NCBI GenBank assembly: GCA_977030845.1
Contig: OZ365116.1
Location: forward strand, 17,794,001-17,858,000
From: Fimbriosthenelais zetlandica
Taxonomy: Eukaryota
Direction of reading: 5' to 3'
Length of the DNA stretch: 64,000 nucleotides
Made by a program: the position numbers and the translations under genes. Below the pieces are notes generated by a model. That model was not told where the DNA came from and searched no databases. It saw nothing but the letters and a program-made list of their open reading frames with translations. Positions 20,229 through 31,855 of this stretch are shown in pieces (within the stretch, counting starts at the first letter, position 1; the number at the start of each line of letters is the position of its first letter).

Positions 20229-23200
20229 ATGACAACCACATTTGAGCAACAAGGAACTTACACATTTGCCAGTCAACCACGGGCAGTCCCTCAACGAAAA
20301 AAGTATAGAGATACATTGGGCCAACAGTAAGTGGTTTAATCATTCATAGATCTCTAGTAGTAGAGCTCTAAAGTTTTATTCATTTAGCAACTACTCTACT
20401 TCAATCAATACTTAAGAAATAGGGCTTCGATTTCTGTATATATTTTCCCCTGCACAGAAAATTATGGGCTTGTGTAAACATGTCTAGATGTACACCTAGG
20501 CTCTATGCTGCAAGCGAGCAACTCGCTGAGTGAATGAGCATCTGATATCCAAAATTATTTAGGGACTTTTCAACCTCCTTATTTTCTGTAAAAGCTAGAT
20601 CTAGTTAGGTACTACTAGCCTAGGCCTACTAGTTTATGAAGAAAAAACATTCAGAACTATTTGTAATTTGGTAAATGGACCTTTTGAGTTCTTTCCTTGC
20701 TTTTAAAACAAGCCTAGGCCTACAAACATAGGCCTACTGTCATACAATATGCCCAAATATTGAAATTTAAAAAAAGTGAGTACTTTAATATTATAATACC
20801 GTCTGAGTACTAACGTTACTTTAATAATACATTGGCCCTGCTATCTAGTAAAATGTACATGATAGATTAATATTTGTATTTTAGAAATGAAGGGGATTCG
20901 GCATATGGAAATATTATGTACGATCGGCGTATCGTCCGTGGAAACACCTATGCACAGAACACACTTCCCGCTGTAAGTAATACGAAAATAAAATAGATCT
21001 AGATAGATCTAAATCATAAATGAAATGAAAATAGCCGCAAGCATTACCCATTATTTGAATGTGATACTCTAGACAAGTTAAAGAATGATACCGAATTGAA
21101 AACAAATGAATGTTTCCACTGTTAGACACAATCTCGAATGAAGATGTTTTTTTAAAAAGTATGTAGGCCTACGGTATATTATTTTTGATCTTTAAAATCT
21201 ATCACAGAGTGCCCAGCCAGATCCTATTGAGATCCAACGTCAGCAGGAAACGAGAAGGCGTGCCATCGCAAGGAAGAGAGCAAAGCAACAATTGAGACCC
21301 AAATCCCCTGACCCAGTGGAAGGCAGGAAGCATATCGATGTACAGACAGAACTCTACCTGGAAGAACTGAGTGATCGCATGGAAGAGGCTGATGTCGAAT
21401 GTCAAACAGATGCTTTCCTCGACAGACCACCTTCCCCACTGTTCATCCCTGCCAAGACTGGGGTCGATATTGCAACACAAATACTCGAGGGAGAAGTAAG
21501 TAACACTGTCTATACATTATACTTCTGTACTTGAGGCAACAAACATGATTACCAAATCAATATGTACAATGAATGAAGATTATTTTGTCACGTTCTAAGT
21601 ATGTCCCTCAGTTTCTAAGCATACAAATTCAGCAAAAAACATTTAATAACGTATTTCTTTTTTTTGCAGCTATTTGACTTTGACATAGAGGTGAAACCCA
21701 TCCTCGAAGTATTGGTTGGGAAGACCGTGGAGCAGTCACTGCTAGAGGTGATGGAGGAGGAGGAACTGTCCAACCTCCGTAGCCAACAGCGAGCCTTCGA
21801 GGAACTGAGGAACGCTGAGCTGGTGGAACAACAGAGACTGGAGGAACAAGAGAGACGACACCGGGAGGAGAAGGTGGGTCACTGTGAAATCATTAATGTG
21901 GTCCTGCTTGCTGCATGGATTATCACATCTAATCAATGATCAGCAGGATGATTAATTATCATTGCTGCTACTGGATTAGGCGCAGTACACTCCATAGACA
22001 CTAGGGGGCCAGACCAGGGATTGTGCGGATCTAGAACTTTGAAAGCGGGGGGATATATATGAAGGGATTGTGAAGGGACGATGTGACGGGTTTATAGTTG
22101 GATGGGATAGGAAGATGCCAGAATTATATGGCGTTAAATTATCACTAAAGACGTTACAGATGTAGATAGAAAAGAGACCATAAGTCAGCGCCATCCACCC
22201 CAGTGGTAGGTAGGTGAACTAAGACTAGCAGATGTAGATGTGAAGGTAGGGAGGGTAGATAAAAAATAAAATAAGACAAACCCGTATTATTTCTGGGTAC
22301 GGAATGAGAGGGGATATCCAGGAAGTTAATGCGTTTTAAATTTTGTTTCTATTCCCAGTAGAAGCTGAGAAATCGGCTCACTAACATTTGATAAACTGCA
22401 AATATTGCACCCATAGACGCCAGTGCTATGTGGTCGCGGTGACTGGCTCCCAAGTGTGATCGAGAGCGTGGCTATCTCCCTCTCTCCCTTCTTCTCTAGG
22501 GCTTGTGCTAGACCCATATACGCCAAGCGTATACAGTAGAAACTACATTACATACACTTAGTGTTGTTCCATGATCAATGGCCGCCGCCATGACACAACT
22601 CTGACTCGACTTCCAAATTTGATTTCCAAACTGGAAGTTTCAGACACCGCATATGACCTCCATATTGACACTAACTGTAGATAACATGTTGATTAGTCGA
22701 AAGCTTACCCGATGAGATACCGATTAGTTGATATTTACGTCGCTATGGATCATGCAAAGTGATGAATGTTTGGGCAAAGAATACTATATATTTACATGCC
22801 TTAACACTGTCATTTTTGGTGTTCCCCAAATCGGGTGGATTTTCTCTTTACAATGATAGGTGAAATTTGCCTCGGTAAATAGAATGAAAGTCACCGGTAC
22901 CGTTTTAAAAGTTGATCTCGCACGGTTGGGAATTGCCTGTGGTACGAGCTAGCCACTGTAGAGAAAAAATCACAAGTAGTGGCGACACCAAGCGTGATGC
23001 ACGGTACCTAGTGAAGGGGCGGTAAGTCAGCGCCATCCGACCCAGTGGCCGGGAGGTGAACTAGTTTGGTTTGGAATTTCCAATGATTTCACTCAATATT
23101 TCCTAATTTCTCAGTACAGACAGCAAATGAAAGTTGTTTCCAGATTTGATATTATATCAACATTTTGTTCTTTTCAGGAGAGGCGAATGAAGCAACAGAG

Positions 23201-26200
23201 AGAGATTCTGCGCAAGGAGAAAGAGACCGCAGAAAAGATCGCTGCCCGCGCCTTTGCTCAGAGCTACCTCTCAGATCTTGTACCCTCTGTTTTCGGAACT
23301 CTTTCAGACAATGGTTACTTCTATGATCCTGTTGAAAGAGGTAAGCAGTTATACTTGACCTGCTCCTTCCTAGAAATGCATTTTCTAGATATTGTGCTTG
23401 AATGAAAGATTTCATAATTGGCAGTTGGAAATTTTGGAATTCTACCTTTCTTGGATAATTTCAGGGCATTTCATTAACTAATAACGTCCGTTCATTTTAA
23501 TTTAAAGGAATAATTCTACATTGAAGCATGTATCAGTATAATAAGACATTGTTATTTAATTTTCAGATGTTGAGCAAGGTTTCCTGCCCTGGTTGATGGG
23601 TGAGGTAGAGCAGCATCTGGACCGTATAGTGGAGGGCCGGGCAGTGCTGGATGGCTTGTTGAGAATGATTGTTACTCAACGTATGGAAGCCTATGAGAAA
23701 CTGAATGGTGGACCAGTCCAGATCAAGACACCCACTGCTGACACTGAACAGTCTCAAAATGCCACTGTAAGTTCTCTATCATAATGTCCACTACTCATTC
23801 GTACTCATAAAACAGCCAGCAGATTGAAACTATGAAGCTCATAATCCAAAATGCCACTTCATGTAATAGAAGGACGTTTAATTGCTTTGAAAAATAGTCA
23901 TAGAACCTGAAGTGTTAGAGAGATGATAGTGACATGCAAGAATCACATTGGTTCATGGTTCCTTATGACTTGCATAGATTATGAATTACTTATGTGACAG
24001 TAATCAGGGTGCCGTCTACGCCCCCAGCCTCAGGCTTTACCGGGGTTACCATGGGTTACCATGCAAAGACACAGAGAAACGTCTGCTCAGACCCGGTAAC
24101 TAGGGACGTAAATGGGTTGACTCTTACACATTGTCAAAACATCCAAGTCTGGTTTTAAATGTGATGATTATCTTCCACCTTGCATGTATTCATGTTAGGG
24201 GTTCCTTATAGGGTATAGTTCCTCCTATCCTCCTCAGGGCTAATTCAATCTTTTGGCATTCCTTGTATTAACAATTTTGATTAAATCTTAGCTTATATTA
24301 TTTCTGATGGGTCTGGCTAAGGTAATTAACATTTGTTTTCAAATTGAATAGACTAACTCTATGGAATTTCTGCCACAAAAGAGGCAGTCGAGTTATCAAA
24401 ACTATGAATTAACAGCCTCGCGGATGGATGGAGTCAGGTGGTCCTAAATAATTAGCAAAAAAATACAGTTATTTGCCATTAAAATGTGGGCCGGTTAAAT
24501 GCTTCTGCGTGATTCTTGGCAATTAGTTTACACTTGCCTTGATATCATTTGAACCCTACTTGATCCCTTACATATGGTGCGTTAATCAGGTACCATGGTT
24601 ATTTACCCCCACCTTCCTCCCTCTCACCTTGTCAATTAAAAAATCAGCCTGACTTGATTAAATTCTGACACTCGGTGGAAACAAAAGTGACAAGTTATTC
24701 TTTCATAATGCAAGAGTACATTATGTCAGTCCCACGCCGTCTCCCTTAATGCTATTAATTCTAATTGCCTTAAAATGTATTGTGAAAAGATCATCAGAGG
24801 GGAATTATGACGAGTGTGTTGTAATAAAGCCCAGGGGCATTTTGGGAGCATTCCATTGAAAGTTATTAACGCTGCTTATTATAATATTGAACAGTGAAGA
24901 CACCGCTGCCTGGACCTGCCTCACGGACACCCATGGTACACATTGTGCGATCTGCATCTAAGATTGAAATCTTTTGTGTGATGAGGTTCAAAGTGTGACA
25001 AAGGTAGAAGAAAGGATGGTCCGGGTATATGCCTCAGGCTTTATGCTGAGGGGGGAGGGGTAGCAATAGGCGCCCTGAAGATGTGTTGACAACAAAATGT
25101 TGAATTAGGAAGAGGCTGACAATGGGCTAATGATAAGCGGCGCATATTGTGAGGGCCAGGGGTAAAGCCAGTATTTTGGTAGGCCTGTGAAGATGGGCCG
25201 GGGGGGTGGGAGCCTGTAACTCCCACTCACACCAAGTGTTCTCCACTAACGAGCTGGACTTTAAATAAAGGGGGTGGCTACCATATGAGAGAAGCAGGCA
25301 CGTGGGCTGGAGGCCCTTCTCTCACCCCAGCCCACTGATGGGGGGTGTTATTTATCCCCATTACAGCCACTTTAATAAAAACCCTATACCCCATACACAT
25401 GAGGCCTTTTTTCCTCACCCCTCGGCCGCCTCGGCCCACTTAAGGACACAAACCACTGACCACTGAGTAATTGGCAGTTGTCAGAAAAAGAGTTGGCTGA
25501 TTATCTTTGAGTGGGCAGTGGTCAAGTTGAGCGGGCTGACCATATTCGGCATGGTCAGTCTCCCACTGTTACCATTGTTACCGCAGCTCAGCCAATCACT
25601 GACCACTAGTAGGCATATAGCGTGATGTATGGTATAGGGAGGAAGTGACCAAGGTGTGATAATAAGTGCATGCCAGAAATGGTCATTTTAATATATCAAA
25701 GAGCTTAAATGAAAAGGGACCTATATTTTGTTGAACACAGACAATGACCATACTGGCCATAGAAATATATTTCTCAACCTATCTCCCGTCAATCTAACAT
25801 CTAATATCTTTAGATCGGGACGAAATTTTCATTTATCGATTAATTATTTTCTATTTTTGACAGAGACATTAACTCCTTCTTGTGTGATAATGCCCGAGTG
25901 TAAATTTCTTTTTCGCACTGTTCTAATTTTGAAATTTTTATCAAAATCTAATTTTGATATTGCTGATTTCTTTTGTGAATGAAACTACATGGCAAGTAAC
26001 ACATGTTTCTCGGTTGTCATCGCAGCCTCTTTGAGACACAATAAATATGGGTAAGTTCTTCTACACCGTGACAGGATGGCTATCTCTGGTCCACGAACAA
26101 AGCTACTTTTAATATACTACTATGGGTATATTGTTTCCAACAGGTGTCGGGTGTGCCTAGCCTAAGTTTCATACGAAGACAAGAGATGTCTGATTTTGAT

Positions 26201-29200
26201 ATTTCCACTTGAACATGCTAGATCTTTCTCCATGTATTATAGTTACAAGTAGTTTTGTCCGTGGTTCATATGACTTATATGATACACCCGTCCTGTGTGT
26301 GCAGATGTTTTGATGCAATGTTATACACGTCAAATAGTCGTGGGTTCAAGGAAAAAGAAGAAATGTAATTAAAGCAATTGACAATGCCAGGTATGGTTTC
26401 ATGCACATGTACAAGTGCGTGGCGGTGGTGGAGTTAATACATTGTTACCGTAATATTAACATGTCGGTGTGCGCTGTATAATGTTTTCTGGACACGGGAT
26501 GTGTATTGGGTGGTATAGAAGAGCCGGCTCAGGTTGTCGGCAGCCGACTCCGCCCGCTGACAATCGGCAGGAAGGAGAGGCTGCCGCTCGCTGTTTGCCC
26601 GGGCGTCAGTTGCACTCCCCATAAACACCTCTGTCCTCACCTTTAATGAAAATTCTCCCCTCTTATAATGTCAGACCACACAAGGGGCTACCATCCCCAT
26701 CTCACACACGAAACACACCATCTGCAACTCCCCAATCCTACATCTTTACCCATTTATTATTTGTCGTCCCTCTAAACATTGTATTTCTTTAAATATGTAT
26801 CGATACAATGTCACATATCCAGTATTTTCTGTACAAGCATAGATTTGATACAATGATTTTACCCTGGTGAGTCAGATGTGCCTACTATGGCACCTGGGAC
26901 GAGGGTAGAAGGCGGGAACTGTTACAAAGCAGTTTTAATTAGCTTTTAAAGAGGAGAGCAGAGTTGCTTATTGTGTTTGCTCGGCGGCTTTGTGAGTATT
27001 GGTGTCGATATAGCTCTCTGTCTTTTCGGTAGGGACAAGGTTTTTGCTGGGCTTGATGGTAGGAGATGGGGAGGGGGGTGAACGTGAGAAACGTCAGGTG
27101 CATTGGTTGCGGGGTTAGAGGGTGGGGGGAGGGGTGTTCACTGTGTCAGGTTACCAAAATGTAAAGGGGTGGGCACAGAAAAAGACGTGGCACGAGTTCC
27201 CCATCACCTAATCCCCCCGATACATATATCTTATTTTTTCCCAGTCCCTCAACACCCACTGCCCCACCCACCCCCGATCACTCCCCCATCAGTGTCCTAT
27301 CATAATCATATCAGCTAATACAGGCCCGTCCATTGTAACATTCTACAACCCTCTCATTTGTCTCTCGTACAAAGGGAAGCCATTTATCATCTTTTTGCAG
27401 CAGTCTTTTCGGTCTCACGCTCTTCTTTTGTTACTATATGAAATAAGTTTAAGTAGTCCAAAGCTTGTAACAAGGTGGTACATGGCATGCCAAGTTTAGT
27501 AAGAAGATATTCATGAGAGGCTTTAAACAAAACCTATGTACATCTCTTACTTAGAAACATATGAGAGATCTGCCATTACAGCTCACTGTGGCTGTTGGGT
27601 GTGAATTACCCGTCTTTTATATCTCTCACTTGTGACAAAACAGTTGAGAACACGGCGCTGATTAGCCCTGTCACCTGTTTGTCGTCACAAGCCTTATGTG
27701 GTGTCAAAAAGCACCAATTAGATGGTCAGTCGTCCATTACTCCTACACCCAGCCATGTAATGTAAACCCCACATTGTGTAATACCAACCCACCAGGCATC
27801 CTCACCCAAAAAAGGCCCTATGGCCGAGGGACATGAGTTGACACTTTACAGGGCTTTCTTACCCTCATTGTCCCTCGCCAATTGCCCTTCAGGTAAAAAG
27901 GGCCATTGAGTGAGGGCTTTTCGATGGTACACGCACGACCTACCCCTGGGTTTCCAGTGGCACCGGGTGAAAAGTTGTACAAAGGAGGTATGACCCGAGG
28001 TCTCTCACTCCAACATGGAGAGAGTTCCCTATTAGAAAGCTCCAATATTGCCAATAGAGAAGAATACAGGTTTGAAAAAACAGCCTGGCGCGTGGATACA
28101 AATAAGGTCCTGACCTGGTGGTGCCGGGGTTAGATTAAATTATATAGATGGGTGAAGGGTGTGAGAAGAGGAGCGTGCGCTGCCAGAAGGCCAGTCCTGG
28201 CTGGACAATAGGATGAGAGGCTTATTATAATGTATAGACCAACAACATGTGTCTGTGGCAGGAGGAGGGGCTGAACCAATATAACTCCCTGGCTGAAATT
28301 ACAATACACACTCATTTCATCATTATAATGGACATGGCTTGCTTGTCTCAATATGGAAAATATTAAACATTGTAGGAATCATGTGTAATAGAGACCTTCC
28401 AGGTCGCTTGTGTATTTATTTTTCCCCATGTATATAAACGTTTTGGGATATAGTCATTGCTGTTTGATGTTGGGTGTTCCCTTTACACGTGGCATTTTGT
28501 ATTGTACTTACCCCGTCTCTTTGTATCAAACACTAATTTTATATGTGTGTTCTATATCTACCACCAAGTGTTTAAAAATAAATTTTAACATTATGTTAAG
28601 TACCTTACTCTAATAGTTAAGTTGGTTGAGGTAGAGTTCAAAGGGATATAAATATTCTGCGGAAAGACGGCAACAATTCAACAAGAAACAGAGCATGTGG
28701 TGATTATCCAAGTGAATTAAGAATTCTGGGACTTAGTGAGTGGATGCAGTTTATGCATGGTTCACTTTAGGTGTCAGTCACTCAAGTATGTGACCCACTT
28801 GATGTGCTATTTATATAATCGGGCCGGGTAGAGCCGGGTAGAGGCAATGCCTGTACCATTGTAGGAATGTGAGCACCGCTGGTGTAGTGGTATCATGCAA
28901 GATTCCCATTCTTGCGACCCGGGTTCGATTCCCGGGCGGTGCAAAAGTGTTTTTTTTTTTGTTTTTTTTACTAGAATCGCACCTGAGCGATCTCCCAAAA
29001 ATGTTATTGCATTCTATATCAAGTGTTTTTATCAATTAGAAAATTTAGTGTACACGATACAGAAATCAGAGTCTGTAATGATAGGTTCATTTGTTCAATG
29101 TGTTTAACTGCTGTTGATGTTATTGTTCATTTACTGAGATATTAACTATCTGTTACTTATTGACTTCAGGCTGAGCCAGCACCACCAGCTCAGGAGCAGA

Positions 29201-29313
29201 CAGAAACCACTCCTGCTGCACCTGCACCAGAGGAAGCTGCACCAGCTGCTGAGGAACAAACCACTGCTGAACAAGAACAAGCACCAGAGGAGGCACCTCC
29301 AGCTGAAACCTAG
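20229..29313 (+). CDS. RSPH3: Radial spoke head protein 3 homolog (axonemal AKAP), 394 aa; exons 20229-20326, 20885-20972, 21208-21495, 21670-21873, 23178-23340, 23567-23766, 29170-29313
   Basis: Conserved segments YTFASQPRA, YGNIMYDRRIVRGNTYA, GRKHIDVQTELYLEEL, QTDAFLDRPPSPLFIPAKTG, LFDFDIEVKPILEVLVGKTVEQSLLEV, KIAARAFAQSYLSDLVPSVFGTL, FLPWLM. All junctions GT-AG and in phase. The last exon encodes an A/P/E-rich tail (AEPAPPAQEQ...PPAET*) and is the least certain. Confidence 0.95.
22181..23064 (+). mobile_element. Pair of related ~40-bp repeat ends (22181-22222, 23023-23064) in RSPH3 intron 4, possibly Helitron-like 3' termini
   Basis: TAAGTCAGCGCCATCC-ACCCCAGTGGTAGGTAGGTGAACTAA versus TAAGTCAGCGCCATCCGACC-CAGTGGCCGGGAGGTGAACTAG|T. 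Imperfect GC-rich hairpin followed by CTRR. No transposase ORF. Confidence 0.3.
24045..24059. promoter_or_regulatory. RFX X-box in RSPH3 intron 6
   Basis: GTTACCATGGGTTAC; the reverse complement GTAACC-CAT-GGTAAC fits GTNRCC-N0-3-RGYAAC. RSPH3 is a motile-cilium gene, a class regulated by RFX and FOXJ1. Confidence 0.45.
28873..28943 (+). tRNA. tRNA-Gly(CCC), intronless, inside the last intron of RSPH3
   Basis: GCACCGCTGGTGTAGTGGTATCATGCAAGATTCCCATTCTTGCGACCCGGGTTCGATTCCCGGGCGGTGCA: acceptor stem GCACCGC/GCGGTGC, anticodon stem CAAGA/TCTTG with CCC anticodon, B-box GGTTCGATTCC, followed by a T-run. Confidence 0.97.
28950..28960 (+). terminator. Pol III oligo-T terminator of tRNA-Gly(CCC)
   Basis: T11 run starting 7 nt after the discriminator base. 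Confidence 0.8.
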
Positions 29314-31836
29314 ATACACTATTATCTACCCGTTACAAGGGACAACATTAAATTATTTTATGACTAAAAAGTTGTTACCTCAGAAATAATAATATAGATC
29401 TATACATCTTTGAAAGTGAAAAAATAGCCGAAACATTCCATTATCAGCTGGAAAGAAAAAAAAATCTATTGCTGTATTATTTAAAAAAAACTGATGTTAT
29501 TTCTCTTTAGCAAGGTTGCCTCCCTGGTAAAAAGGAAACTACTGAAAATGTCTACAATTTTATAATATTATTATACTGGAAATCTCCTGAGGCTATCAAT
29601 TATTTATGGGATAGAATGTTTCCATCAATTCTTGTATATCTATTAGCATACAAGATGAAAATGCTGATGAAAATCCCATAAGGTTTTTAATGTCAAATAT
29701 GTGATATGTCAATGAAGCAGTATTGGATTATAAGGGACGCCCTGCTAGCACCTATGTTTCCTGTTCTGATATGAATTCATCTGGCTCTACCAGTGAATCA
29801 GAATTTTAATATTTAAATTGCAGATTTCCCCCCAAAAGGTCTAAAAACTTGTGATATAACATGCATTATTCGTGACGTGATACAATCCTGTAAATACTGT
29901 TATTTAAGCTGGAGACTTTTTTTGTCTCGTCATCCCTGTCTGTGTTTTCTAAATAAAAACAAGCCTGTTTACTCCTGCATAATTCACCCCTTACTTTTAT
30001 ACATTGTAAAGCACGTTCTTGAGGTGCAGGGATATTATTAAAAATAAAACTGTGCATGGCATTACAACTATCATGTAGTTGATCTTAGCCCGGAATATTG
30101 GAAAATAAAAAGATTTTCAGCCCAGAAACTAGTAGCTTCTTGTGATGTTTCGGCCAAACTAATACGTCTTTGACATTCATTCTGGGGCCAGTTAAAGAAT
30201 GGCAACATAGTCCTGCATCCCACCTCGTAAAAGACAAATGGCATGGATTTCAGAGGGCGCGACAAGCGACAGGATGTCGTCTGGTAGTGTGTGTCAATGG
30301 GGGCTGGTGACTGTTGTCCTCGGACGACTGGTCCGACAAGTGGCTACGGTCGTCCGCAATAAAACAATACCCCCAAACACATCTCACCAACTTCAGCCTG
30401 GCAGGGGCAACCCCTTCCAAATCCACACTAAAAACTGCCCCTTGCCACAAGTGTATTAAAATGAAACGGCTGCCACAAATTCAGAAAATTTACCTGAAAT
30501 ATTGGCAGTGGAGGGGGAGGGGGGGGGGGGAGGAAAGTGTTATAGGTATGGAAGTGACCATCTATTTTATAGGGTTGGCTTCTGCAACTCAATGGTCAGC
30601 CTGTGTAACTGAATTGTTTCGGCGTGTGGGGGTGCTTTGAGCCACATAGCTTTGGTATACTGCATTGCGAACAATGTCTGCATTTATGCATTGCTTCTTC
30701 AGTATAGCTTCATGATGTCCGTAAGTTAAATATCGTGATCATTATATTAGACTAAGTCTTAATCATATGTATATAACAACCTGTTCCTGGGAGAAACAAG
30801 TAAGTATTTACACATGAGCCATGTTAGGACATGACAGGAAGCTGTCATGGGAAACAAGAACTCACCTCGCCATCTCCAGCCTTCTCCTCTCCTTCTCCCT
30901 CTCCTCTATTGGCACAGGAAGAGCTTAAGAGGCGATTTGCATCCCCCTATTTACCTTCACCAGCGCCCTCTCAGGTCCTCCCGACCCCTCACCGCTACTT
31001 CCGGTGACCAGCGCCATCAAACGGCCGTTTGTTGGACTCACAAGATGGCCTTCTTCCTTTACTGTTTATTTCCCCCATTGAAAAGTTTTCACTTTTCCAT
31101 TAAGATGAGAAAGGCGCTGTTCATGAAAGTCAACAAGCCATGCTCTTGTGGGAAATAGTAGTCTGCATCAATATATAATATTTAACGACTTGTGGGTCTG
31201 AGGTGAGGACTGAGGTGGATCATCATGATGTTTGATGAGGGTGAATCATTGACATCTTATGTGGGGAGATTTACATTATAAAACGAGCACACCTCAACAC
31301 AAAAGATTCACAATAGCTGCGTGTCACCACTGTGACTTGTTAATCTCGTATGACATCACAAAGTGTATCTGATTCTAATGGCAAGGCAATAAGAGCCCCA
31401 GGCATTTTCCATACCAAACAATCTTGCATGAAACTTAGTTTCAACTACTGTAGTTTTGAAGCAGTATGGATTGCATTCCTTCCATCACCTACATGTTTCT
31501 GTCGAGTACTTGGGAGATAATTTATGAATTCCACATGCACCAGCGATCTTCACTTTCCACACTCATTATAATTCAAGGTCGAGGTGTGAAGACCAGGGGC
31601 TGGAGAGTGTGTAGTAGGACGTGAGAGGAGTAGAGGAGGCAGGGTAGAGTGTCCCTCCAGTGATTGACCAAACACCATGGAGGAGACTCCTGGTCTCATC
31701 CTCTACTCACTCAGGGTGGTGGGCACACATGATCCTAGAGCACAAGGTCAAGGTGGAGCTGATATAGGCTTTATATAGTCTCCTGAATAATGCATTATGT
31801 CGTACCTTTACTCTTAACCTGTCACAAAGAGGCGAA

Positions 31837-31855
31837 CCCCCCCCCCCCCCCCCCC
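31837..31855. repeat. Poly-C homopolymer (C19)
   Basis: Direct count; G-quadruplex-capable on the minus strand. Confidence 0.9.

Noticed and set aside
21998-22011. CTCF-like motif ACACTAGGGGGCCA (also 31011-31024)
   Set aside because: Mismatches at core positions, and the first lies in probable repeat-derived sequence; not supportable without a PWM scan or ChIP.
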